From contig CAWEQH010000010.1 in the NCBI GenBank assembly GCA_963811165.1, positions 704,001-768,000 on the forward strand: 64,000 bases of DNA, given 5' to 3'. This DNA comes from an uncultured Nitrospiraceae bacterium (GTDB lineage: Bacteria; Nitrospirota; Thermodesulfovibrionia; Thermodesulfovibrionales; UBA6898). Within the stretch, counting starts at the first letter, position 1. Each line of letters begins with the position of its first letter. A model generated the notes under the pieces. It worked only from the letters and a program-made list of their open reading frames with translations. It was not told the DNA's origin and ran no database searches. Below, one piece after another: positions 38,362 through 47,558 of this stretch. Both the position numbers and the translations under genes were made by a program.

Positions 38362-39168
38362 ATGACAACCCGTCTTCTGACTCTTATTACGCTTGTTGTT
38401 CTCCTCGTCTGTCCCTCCTTGACCAATAGCGAATTAAGCGATAAGAAGAAGGACCTTCGGCAGGAACGCGTCCCCATCCTGCTTTATCACCGCTTTGGGC
38501 CGGTGGTATCCGACAGCATGACCGTCACAACAGCCGTTTTCAGATCCCAACTGGAATACATCAGGGAAAAGGGGTTTACGGTAATACCTCTTAGACAGCT
38601 TGTCGACTACTATCTGCGAAAGGGGCCGCCTCCGCCTCCCGGGTCTGTTGTGATCGTCGCCGACGACGCCCACAAGTCGGTCTATACCGATATGCTGCCG
38701 CTGGTAAAGAAATATCACATCCCCGTGACGCTTTTTATCTATCCTTCGGCGATATCCAATGCCTCCTATGCCATGACGTGGGAGGAATTAAGGGAGGTCA
38801 AGAGGACCGGCCTCTTCGATCTTCAGGGCCATACATATTGGCATCCGAACTTCAAGAAGGAGAAAAGGAGGTTGCCGGGCGCCGAATATGAGAAGTTCGT
38901 GGATATGCAGTTGAGGAGATCGAAGGACAGGCTGGGCAAAGAACTCGGTGTTACAATCGACATGCTGGCCTGGCCTTTCGGAATTTACGACAACGAACTC
39001 ATCAGGCATGCTTCGGGCGCGGGATACACGGCCGGTTTCACGATAGAGAGAAGGCCCGCGGGCAGCGGGGACAATGTCATGAAGATCCCCCGCTACCTTA
39101 TGCAGAATTCAGATAAAGGGAAGGCATTTGAGATGATCCTGGGGCAGCCCCCGGGAAGAAAGGGTTAA
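38362..39168 (+). CDS. Polysaccharide deacetylase (CE4)
   Basis: PILLYHR, ADD, HTYWH, AWPFG; signal peptide. Confidence 0.88.
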   Translation: MTTRLLTLITLVVLLVCPSLTNSELSDKKKDLRQERVPILLYHRFGPVVSDSMTVTTAVFRSQLEYIREKGFTVIPLRQLVDYYLRKGPPPPPGSVVIVADDAHKSVYTDMLPLVKKYHIPVTLFIYPSAISNASYAMTWEELREVKRTGLFDLQGHTYWHPNFKKEKRRLPGAEYEKFVDMQLRRSKDRLGKELGVTIDMLAWPFGIYDNELIRHASGAGYTAGFTIERRPAGSGDNVMKIPRYLMQNSDKGKAFEMILGQPPGRKG

Positions 39169-39199
39169 TCATGTTCTTCAAGAGAGGCAAGGTGGCACC

Positions 39200-40510
39200 G
39201 TGAAAATCGCCGGGTTCCGTAGTGTACCGTATGTGATGTTTTTGCTCGTATTCTTGTCGGCGCCGGTATTCGCGTCTGATTATGCCGGCGGAAAAGTGGT
39301 GGATTATCTGACGCGGAAGCCGATTGAAGGCGCGATAGTGACAGGAAATAACGAGGTTGTCTATACCGACAATAAAGGCGTTTTTGCGGTTAAGAACTCC
39401 GCAGCGAAGATCGGCATCAGGGCCTATGGCTATGCAAGGGGGGAACTGCCACTCCCCGCGGCTTCTGCCAGGGACCGTCTCACTATCTATCTTAGACCGT
39501 TCGTCCCGAAGGCATTATATCTCACGTACTATGGAATAGGCAGCAGAGTGCTCCGGGAATCGGCCCTGGCCCTGGCGAAGGAGACCGAAATCAATTCCCT
39601 TGTCATCGATGTAAAGGGCGACAGGGGAGTGATAACCTACAAGAGCTCTATCCCCCTTGCATCTGAGATAGGAGCCCAAAGGCTTGTTATCATAAAGGAC
39701 ATAAGGGGCCTGATACAGTCCCTGAGGGAAAAGGGCATTTATACCGTCGCGCGGATTGTTGTCTTCAAGGATGAAGTCCTGGGCAGTGCGCGTCCTGACC
39801 TGACCGTGAAGACCCAGGACGGCAGGATATTTCACGACAGGGAGAACCTTGCCTGGGTAGACCCGTCGAGGAAGGAAGTATGGGACTACAATATCAATAT
39901 CGCTGTGGAGGCGGCGCAAAACGGCTTCGACGAGATACAGTTCGACTATGTGCGCTTTCCGGACAGGAAAGGCTTGCTGTTTGCCGTTGCCAACACAGAA
40001 GAAAACAGGGTGAAATACATATCGGGATTCCTCGGCGAAGCGAAGAGGAGACTGGCGCCCTATAATGTTTTTGTTGCCGCTGATATTTTCGGTTATGTAT
40101 CGTGGAACCTAAACGATACCCAGATCGGACAGAAGATCGAACAGGTTGCTTCGTGCGTAGATTACATATCCCTCATGCTCTACCCGTCAGGGTTTCAGTT
40201 CGGCATACCGGGATACAGGAACCCGGTTGCGCACCCGTACGAGATCGTCTCTCTAACGCTGAAGAGGGCCCGTGAGCGCACAAATATCCCTGCCAGCCGT
40301 TTCAGGCCCTGGCTCCAGGCATTCAAGGATTATGCATTCGACAGGAGGCATTTCTCAGGGCCTGAGATAAGGAGCCAGATAAAGGCTGCGGATGAGTTCG
40401 GCTCCGGCGGGTGGATGCTCTGGAATCCGAAAAATATCTACAAGTCCGACGGGTTGAAAAAAGAGCGGGTTTCGAACAATACTACAAGGCAGGATGGCCC
40501 GACAAGCTGA
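39200..40510 (+). CDS. Putative glycoside hydrolase (DUF4015-like) with N-terminal beta domain
   Basis: VIDVKGD, ARIVVFKD, GFDEIQFDYVRFP, MLYPS, RPWLQAF. Confidence 0.85.
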   Translation: MKIAGFRSVPYVMFLLVFLSAPVFASDYAGGKVVDYLTRKPIEGAIVTGNNEVVYTDNKGVFAVKNSAAKIGIRAYGYARGELPLPAASARDRLTIYLRPFVPKALYLTYYGIGSRVLRESALALAKETEINSLVIDVKGDRGVITYKSSIPLASEIGAQRLVIIKDIRGLIQSLREKGIYTVARIVVFKDEVLGSARPDLTVKTQDGRIFHDRENLAWVDPSRKEVWDYNINIAVEAAQNGFDEIQFDYVRFPDRKGLLFAVANTEENRVKYISGFLGEAKRRLAPYNVFVAADIFGYVSWNLNDTQIGQKIEQVASCVDYISLMLYPSGFQFGIPGYRNPVAHPYEIVSLTLKRARERTNIPASRFRPWLQAFKDYAFDRRHFSGPEIRSQIKAADEFGSGGWMLWNPKNIYKSDGLKKERVSNNTTRQDGPTS

Positions 40511-42911
40511 GGCAAAGGGAATCGCCGCACTCGAAATGACGTGTTCCGTTCTGGCAGCGCTCTGCCTTCTCTATGTGCTGGTCGTTACTTTCACAGTCCC
40601 GACACAGGCTCAAGCCGACTCAATTCAAAGGTTGCGCGCCGACCAACTGGCACCCATCGCCGATATCGTTGAAAAGGCCATCAGGGACGGCAGGACACCT
40701 GGAGCAGTTGTCCTTATCGGTAATCATGGGGAAGTTGTGTATCGGCGGGCCTTCGGTTTCCGCTCTCTTGAGCCGGAGCAGGTGCCGATGACGGAAGACA
40801 CCATATTTGATATGGCCTCGGTCACAAAGGTCGTCGCCACAACCACCGCAATCATGCAGCTGGCGGAAAAGAGAAAGCTGGATATCGAGGCCCCTGTTGC
40901 CAGCTACTGGCCTGCGTTTAGGAAAAACGGCAAGGCAAAAATAACGTTGCGGCAACTCCTCACCCATTACTCCGGGCTACGCCCCGACCTGAGTTTGAGG
41001 CCGAGGTGGTCAGGGTATAAAGATGCCATGAAAAAAATTATCGCGGAAAGGCCTGAACTTTCTCCGGGAACAGGGTTTATATACAGCGACATAAATTTTG
41101 AAGTCCTGGGCGAGCTTGTCCGACGTGTCTCGGGCCGGCCGCTCGATAAATATTGCGCCGAAAAAATTTTTAAACCTTTGGGAATGAAAGACACCGTCTT
41201 CAGACCATCGGGCTCCCTGCGTGACCGTATTGCCCCCACCCGGAATTGCCTTGAGGGGCCTCCCTGCGGAGGGGCGCATGACCCTTCATGTTGCAAAATG
41301 GGCGGCGTGGCCGGACATGCCGGGCTTTTTTCGACAGCCGATGACCTCTCCATTTTTGCACAAACACTCCTTAACGGAGGGAAACACGGCAATGCGCAGA
41401 TCCTCACCCCTGAGACTGTCGACACGATGACGGCGACACAGACTCCTGCAGGCAAAAAGAATCTTCGGGGGTTTGGTTGGGATCTGGAAGCACCTTTTGC
41501 CTCCAATCGGGAAGAATTGTGCCCTGCGGGCGCTTACGGACATTTGGGCTTCACAGGGACCGCGTTGTGGATTGATCCGGTTTCAGACACCTATATAATT
41601 GTTCTGACAAACCGTGTATATCCGGACGGCAAGGGCGACGTGAAGGAATTGCGGGCGCAGATCAAGAAGACCGTTGCTGATGCGCTCGGGCCGGTTTCGG
41701 ACGAACAGGTTCTGGAGAGGAGGCCCTCGCTGGCGAGCTGTTACGAGCGCACAAAGAGACAACGGGCGCAGGGTTTGCGCCGCGAGAGAGTGCTGACTGG
41801 GATCGATGTCCTGTCTGCCGAAAATTTTCTGCCCCTCAAAGGCCTGCGCGTGGGACTCATCACGAATCATACGGGACGCGATTCCTCCGGACGGAGTACC
41901 ATCGACCTGCTCCGCAACGCGCCCGGCGTGAAACTGACAGCCGTCTTCAGTCCTGAACACGGCCTGTCCGGCAGGGAAGACACGTGCGTGGCATCCGGTG
42001 TGGATTCCGCTACCGGCCTGCCTGTATTCAGTCTTTACGGCAAAGTAAGAAAACCGACGGAGGAAATGCTTAATGGTCTGGATGCACTGGTCTTCGACAT
42101 CCAGGACGCGGGCGTCCGCTTCTATACGTATATCACGACTATGGGGTATGCGATGGAAGCCGCCGCAAAGAAAGGGATAGCATTTTATGTCTTGGACAGG
42201 CCCGATCCCATTAACGCCTCCCTGGTGCAGGGACCTGTCCTGGACAAAGAGTTAAAGTCTTTTACCGGTTATTTCCCATTGCCCGTGCGGCACGGAATGA
42301 CGGTGGGGGAACTTGCCGGGATGTTCAACGCAGAAACCGGGATTGGAGTGAAACTGTACGTTATCAAAATGTCGGGGTATAAGCGCACCGAGTGGTTCGA
42401 CGAGACGGGCCTTCTGTGGATCAGCCCCTCCCCCAACCTGCGCAGTCTCACTGAGGCCATTCTTTACCCCGGAGTGGCAATGGTCGAGGGCGCCAACGTG
42501 AGCGTCGGGCGCGGGACTGATACGCCCTTCGAACTTCTTGGCGCCCCGTGGATCAATGCTGAAGAACTCGCAGCGGCCCTGAACAGCAGAAATATCAAGG
42601 GAGTAAATTTTACGCCGATTGTTTTTGTGCCGAAGAGTGACATATATGTAAATCAAGTCTGTCACGGAGTGCGGATAGCTCTGACTGACAGGCAGGCGCT
42701 TGATGCGGGAGCCATGGGAATTGAGGTTGCGGGAGCACTCTATACGCTTTACCCCCGCGATTTTCAGCTCTTTAAAACGCTGGGTCTTATCGGATCACGC
42801 GGAGTTCTACAGGCCATCAGGGACGGCAAGACTTCTGAGTCGATCACGCCCCAGTGGAGGAATACTCTTGAACAATTTGTGAATTTGCGGGCGAAGTATC
42901 TGCTCTATTAG
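40494..42911 (+). CDS. Serine hydrolase (beta-lactamase fold) fused to DUF1343/NamZ exo-beta-N-acetylmuramidase
   Basis: SVTK, YSD, GHAGLFS, HLGFTG; then GLITNHTG, SPEHG, FDIQDAGVRFYTY, RHGMTVGELA, PSPNL. Confidence 0.9.
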   Translation: MARQAEAKGIAALEMTCSVLAALCLLYVLVVTFTVPTQAQADSIQRLRADQLAPIADIVEKAIRDGRTPGAVVLIGNHGEVVYRRAFGFRSLEPEQVPMTEDTIFDMASVTKVVATTTAIMQLAEKRKLDIEAPVASYWPAFRKNGKAKITLRQLLTHYSGLRPDLSLRPRWSGYKDAMKKIIAERPELSPGTGFIYSDINFEVLGELVRRVSGRPLDKYCAEKIFKPLGMKDTVFRPSGSLRDRIAPTRNCLEGPPCGGAHDPSCCKMGGVAGHAGLFSTADDLSIFAQTLLNGGKHGNAQILTPETVDTMTATQTPAGKKNLRGFGWDLEAPFASNREELCPAGAYGHLGFTGTALWIDPVSDTYIIVLTNRVYPDGKGDVKELRAQIKKTVADALGPVSDEQVLERRPSLASCYERTKRQRAQGLRRERVLTGIDVLSAENFLPLKGLRVGLITNHTGRDSSGRSTIDLLRNAPGVKLTAVFSPEHGLSGREDTCVASGVDSATGLPVFSLYGKVRKPTEEMLNGLDALVFDIQDAGVRFYTYITTMGYAMEAAAKKGIAFYVLDRPDPINASLVQGPVLDKELKSFTGYFPLPVRHGMTVGELAGMFNAETGIGVKLYVIKMSGYKRTEWFDETGLLWISPSPNLRSLTEAILYPGVAMVEGANVSVGRGTDTPFELLGAPWINAEELAAALNSRNIKGVNFTPIVFVPKSDIYVNQVCHGVRIALTDRQALDAGAMGIEVAGALYTLYPRDFQLFKTLGLIGSRGVLQAIRDGKTSESITPQWRNTLEQFVNLRAKYLLY

Positions 42912-43548
42912 CACCGATAATTCATAATTTTTTTATGCGAAAGAAGGCAGGACATTGGGAGCAACGGAAAAAGGGGGAAAAAGGGGATTTACTGCGCTTT
43001 GGAACGCGTTATCATGGGCTCAGAAGGGGGAGGAAGGACCTTATCTGACGATTCCGATTATTTTTATTTTCATATTCTATCCCTCCTGGTGTTAATTCTC
43101 TCTCGTATGCAGAACAGCCAGGAATGGGCGCCAACGGATATTGATATGGCGACTTCTGAAGAATCACTTACAACAGCAGTTTTACAAAGATATCAGGCTT
43201 TGTATGTTTACTTATGATTGTTGGCGGCAAAAAGGCAGGCTACTTCATAGATCTCCAACCTTCTCATTTCTTCTGGAAATCGATAAAAGATTCGTCTATC
43301 AACTCCTGCTGATTATCGGGTGAAGACCGAACCGAGAAGAAACCTGCGCGGCGCTGCAGTGATTTTTTGCATATTGTTTTGACGGACGAATACCTCGAAA
43401 GTTTTTCCGACCTTTTTTTAGGAAATATCTATATTTTTGCAGCTCAGTGCCTGCCCCGCGGAAAAAACCAAAGGGAGAGACGCGCTTCCGCGATATCTCC
43501 ACGGTGAAGAATTTAGATCAGGGCCGCAACCAAGGATGCCGAAACCTG

Positions 43549-43577
43549 TTGACATATATGTAAATAATTTTTATTAT
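43549..43577 (+). promoter_or_regulatory. Sigma-70-type promoter of the cytochrome operon
   Basis: TTGACA-17 bp-TATTAT, with palindromic ACATATATGT overlapping the -35. Confidence 0.7.
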
Positions 43578-43604
43578 TGTACACGAAATTACAAGGAGGG
43601 AACC

Positions 43605-44603
43605 ATGGTACTGTTACGAAATCTCCTCTTTCTTCTCATCATTCCTGCAATCGTTCTTTCAGGGTGCGAATCTCTGAAGTCGTCAAAGGCCATACTCCCG
43701 ATAAAGGAATACGAACTGATGATAGCCGGAAGGCTCGATGCCAACTATGTGGGGACGGCAAACTGTCTTGCCGCATGCCACTTCCACGACAGGATCAGGC
43801 GCGATTTTGAAGCGAGCACGATGGGGGTCCAGCTTTCAAAAAAATCGGGGATGCCTCTTGTCGACTGCGAATCATGCCACGGGCCCGGAAGTCTGGCAAT
43901 CGAGGGCCTGACCGTGGAGAAGGTCGAGCAGGACCAAAAGGAGGGGAAGCAGACCGCTTGCGATTTCAGGACGCTGATCAATATTAAAAGCCTGCCGGCC
44001 CAGGCCAGGTCACTCATATGCCTAAAATGCCATACCGCCAATGCGACCTTCAACCTGCATAACTGGAACGCAAGCGCCCACTCCATAGGCGACGTTTCAT
44101 GCTCCGAATGTCACAAGGTCCATGCGGGACCCGACTTAACGGTGAGGCTGGACGATATGGCAGGCATGTGCGAGAAGTGTCACATGGATGTGCAGGCCGA
44201 GTTCTCTCTGCCTAGTCACCACCCGATACACGAAAAAAAGATCTTCTGCATAAGCTGCCATGACCCCCACGGGACGACAAGCGACAAAATGCTCCGCAAG
44301 GCGGGCATCAAAGAGACCTGCACCCAGTGCCACGCCGAAAAAGAGGGGCCCTTTGTCTTTGAGCATGCGGATATCACGGAGGACTGCAGGACCTGCCACA
44401 CCCCGCACGGTTCCGTCAATAATAACCTTCTGACACAGCAACTGCCGTTTCTGTGCCTTCAGTGCCATTCGGGGCACAGGACGTCGAGCACCTCTTCTGC
44501 CGAATCAAAGGCGGCGTTTTATACGAGGTGCACGGACTGTCATTCCCAGATCCACGGCTCAGATCTTCCTTCTCCGGTCGGCAGGAGAAGGTTTACGCAA
44601 TAG
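43605..44603 (+). CDS. DmsE/MtrA-family decaheme c-type cytochrome, lipoprotein
   Basis: Lipobox LSGC; 9 CXXCH plus 1 CXXXCH (CLAACH); CHGPGS, PSHHP, GPFVFEH, IHGSD. Confidence 0.92.
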   Translation: MVLLRNLLFLLIIPAIVLSGCESLKSSKAILPIKEYELMIAGRLDANYVGTANCLAACHFHDRIRRDFEASTMGVQLSKKSGMPLVDCESCHGPGSLAIEGLTVEKVEQDQKEGKQTACDFRTLINIKSLPAQARSLICLKCHTANATFNLHNWNASAHSIGDVSCSECHKVHAGPDLTVRLDDMAGMCEKCHMDVQAEFSLPSHHPIHEKKIFCISCHDPHGTTSDKMLRKAGIKETCTQCHAEKEGPFVFEHADITEDCRTCHTPHGSVNNNLLTQQLPFLCLQCHSGHRTSSTSSAESKAAFYTRCTDCHSQIHGSDLPSPVGRRRFTQ

Positions 44604-44619
44604 GGGGGACTGAACAATT

Positions 44620-46584
44620 ATGAAGAGATACGTTTATATCGCGCTTATCTCGGTAATGCTGATGAGCGGCCGGGCCTTTGCCCAGGCAGAAGGCCCTTCG
44701 TCCGGGGAAACAGCCGTCGAGGAAGCCCCTCAGGAAGAAGGGTACACATTCCCTACTATTAAACCCGATTTCTCTGTCTCGGGGGGATACCGGTTAGTCC
44801 ACAGCGACGGGTTCGACAGAGCGGCCGAGTATGAATACCTCCATAACTCTCTCACACTCGGCGGTGAACTCAGGATGTTTTCCTTCCCCAACAGGTTCCA
44901 TCTGGAATTCGACGTCAAGAACGAGAAGGACTTTAACGGCGATGTTACCTATATGTATCGGGACATCCTCCGTTTCAGGGGCGTCACCAGCAGCCTCTTC
45001 CATAACCTCGAAAATATCAAGCTCATGGACCTGGACCCCACAACCCCCTCACCCGGCGTAGAGGTCAGGGACGCCGAGACTAAATACGGGACCCGGACGG
45101 GTATGAGCAACGCCTCTCTTAGGTTCAAGACGCCCGACTTCCCTTTCCATGTGTATGTCGAAGGGAGCCTGGTAGAAAAGAACGGAACGCAGCAGCAGAG
45201 GAGCCTGCTCGGTTCGGGCTCGTTCAACAATATCGTCAGGGCCTCTCAAAGCAGAAACATCGACCTTGACACAAAAACCGTGACCGTCGGAGCAAACAGC
45301 CATCTCGGCCCTGTCGAAGTCGATTACTCACATAGTGAAAAGAGACTCGACGTCGGCGGCGACAAGGTCCTCTTTGATTTTTATACCGCCTCGGCGGCAA
45401 GGGCGGCGGGAGAATTTCCGCACAATCTGATACCGGACCTCAAGAGCTCTACAGACACCGTAAAGATCCATACTTCATACACGGGGGCCCTGGTCGCATC
45501 GGCTACCTTCTCGAAAATCGGCAAGGACAACAAAGACAGCGGCGCCAAGGCGGATTATTTCATAGGCGCTGGAGAAATCTCGTGGGTTGAGTCTCCGAGG
45601 CTGTCCTTCTTTCTCAAATACAGGCATAAGGAATCCGACATAGACAACCCCGACGTCGTAAGCATCACGGACAGGACTAACCCTCTGAACACTTACACCT
45701 ACGCCGTTGAGCCGGCCATCTCTTCGGTCACCGACAACGTCAGCGGCATCGTCAGATACAGGCCGCTTTCAGGGGTAACCCTCAGGGCGGACTATATCTA
45801 TGAAAACATCCGGCGTGACGTCTCCCCCGATTGGGACGTCCCCCAGAACACACAGAGGAACTCCGCATCGATCTCGGCCGATATCAGGCTCATCAGGGGC
45901 CTGGACTTCAAGGCAAAATATACACACAAGTACATCACCAACCCGGCTTATAATACGGAACCGGACCATTCCGACGAAGGCAGGGTATCGCTCACCTGGA
46001 TCCCGCTGCCGCGGCTCAACGCAACGGTCAGTTACAGCATCATCAGCGAAAAAAGGGATGACCTCCTTTTTACCGACACCGCGGACGCAAGAAACAGGGA
46101 GGTAAACAGGAACAGGCTGATGGGAAGCGTCACGTATTTGCTCTTAAGGGACCTTTCGGTCACGGTCAGCTATGCATACATGCATGACAGGACAAGGCAG
46201 GACATCGTGTACCAGGACCCGGCCGGAACTCCGCAGGTAGACCCCTTTGTACCGAGTACGGACATGGTGCATAACTATGTCCTCAACCTTAATTATGTTC
46301 CGAAAAATAATATCACCCTAAATACAGGAGTGAGCTATACCGTAAGCAACGGGGAGTTTTCTGTGTCGGACCCAAACCTCCTGGAGCCCGTGTCGATCGA
46401 TTCTTTTTCTCGGCTCAAGACAAGGGAGATCATCTACTACCTCTCCGGTGAATACAGGTTTAAGGGAGGTTGGGCGGCAGGCTTTCAGTACCGCTACAGC
46501 AACTCCGACGATATCCTGGCTTACGACGACTTGACGGACGGCAAGACCCATATCGTATTGCTGACACTTTCAAAGAGATGGTAA
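44620..46584 (+). CDS. MtrB/PioB-like outer-membrane beta-barrel
   Basis: Signal peptide, amphipathic strands, C-terminal W; directly after the decaheme gene. Confidence 0.82.
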   Translation: MKRYVYIALISVMLMSGRAFAQAEGPSSGETAVEEAPQEEGYTFPTIKPDFSVSGGYRLVHSDGFDRAAEYEYLHNSLTLGGELRMFSFPNRFHLEFDVKNEKDFNGDVTYMYRDILRFRGVTSSLFHNLENIKLMDLDPTTPSPGVEVRDAETKYGTRTGMSNASLRFKTPDFPFHVYVEGSLVEKNGTQQQRSLLGSGSFNNIVRASQSRNIDLDTKTVTVGANSHLGPVEVDYSHSEKRLDVGGDKVLFDFYTASAARAAGEFPHNLIPDLKSSTDTVKIHTSYTGALVASATFSKIGKDNKDSGAKADYFIGAGEISWVESPRLSFFLKYRHKESDIDNPDVVSITDRTNPLNTYTYAVEPAISSVTDNVSGIVRYRPLSGVTLRADYIYENIRRDVSPDWDVPQNTQRNSASISADIRLIRGLDFKAKYTHKYITNPAYNTEPDHSDEGRVSLTWIPLPRLNATVSYSIISEKRDDLLFTDTADARNREVNRNRLMGSVTYLLLRDLSVTVSYAYMHDRTRQDIVYQDPAGTPQVDPFVPSTDMVHNYVLNLNYVPKNNITLNTGVSYTVSNGEFSVSDPNLLEPVSIDSFSRLKTREIIYYLSGEYRFKGGWAAGFQYRYSNSDDILAYDDLTDGKTHIVLLTLSKRW

Positions 46585-46595
46585 AGGACGACACC

Positions 46596-47558
46596 ATGAA
46601 ATCCCGACTTCACGCTGCTCTTCCCGATGCCGGACTCAGAATTATATATCTGCTCCTCATCCCCGTGCTCATTATTTTTTTGACGGGTCCGGCCGCCTCG
46701 GCAGCTCAAAGAACTATAGGTATCATCATGACCGGAAACATTCCTTACTATAAGGATGTCCAAAAGAGCTTCACCGAGACGCTGGCAGCGGAAGGTTTCG
46801 GCCCCGGCAGCGTAGATCTCGTAGTCCAGACGCCGTCGCCCGAGCCCATGTCATGGACAAATGCAGCCAGGAAGCTGGTCACCATCGGTTCTCACCTAAT
46901 CGTCTCCTATGGCGCGCCTGCCACGATTTATGCGATGGGCGAGACCTCCGATATCCCTATCGTGTTTGCCGGGGTGTATGACCCCCACGCGGTCGGGGTT
47001 ACCGGCAAAAACGCAACCGGTATCAGCTCGAAGGTGCCCGTCGCAAGTATTCTCAAGAATTTAAAGAGCATTACCAACTTCTCCACTTTGGGCGTTGTCT
47101 TCAACGATTCAGAAAAAGACACGGTAGTCCAGGCCAACGACGTGAAACAGCTTGAATCCGCTTATGGGTTTAAGTCGACGAGGTTCAACATCAAGAAAGC
47201 ATCCGATTCCCCGAAGATCGCAAACGTAGATGCCCTCCTTTTGACGACGGGTTGCGCGGCGATGCACTGTGTCTCAAATATAATCGGCATTGCACGAAAG
47301 GCCAAGATCCCAACCGCCGCTACCATAGCGGGCGGGGAGACGTCGGGCATCATACTTACGATCGCGGCGGACCCCCATGAGCAGGGCAGGGAGGCCGCAA
47401 AAATGGTCGCCAGGATCCTCAAGGGAGCTAAGCCCTCCTCCATTCCCATCGAACAACCGAAAAAAATCGACGTCATAATAAACCTCAAAGAGGCCACGGA
47501 TATGGGACTCAAGGTGCCGTTTGATTTGCTGACTTCGGCCACGAAGGTAATAAGATGA
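46596..47558 (+). CDS. ABC-type substrate-binding protein (orphan)
   Basis: DIPIVFAGVYDP, NATGIS, QGREAA...ILKG, INLKEA..LG.VP; no permease or ATPase nearby. Confidence 0.85.
   Translation: MKSRLHAALPDAGLRIIYLLLIPVLIIFLTGPAASAAQRTIGIIMTGNIPYYKDVQKSFTETLAAEGFGPGSVDLVVQTPSPEPMSWTNAARKLVTIGSHLIVSYGAPATIYAMGETSDIPIVFAGVYDPHAVGVTGKNATGISSKVPVASILKNLKSITNFSTLGVVFNDSEKDTVVQANDVKQLESAYGFKSTRFNIKKASDSPKIANVDALLLTTGCAAMHCVSNIIGIARKAKIPTAATIAGGETSGIILTIAADPHEQGREAAKMVARILKGAKPSSIPIEQPKKIDVIINLKEATDMGLKVPFDLLTSATKVIR

Noticed and set aside
40494..42911. Antibiotic-resistance beta-lactamase
   Set aside because: The SxxK domain is fused to NamZ and has the esterase/AmiE-like HLGFTG motif, consistent with cell-wall recycling.
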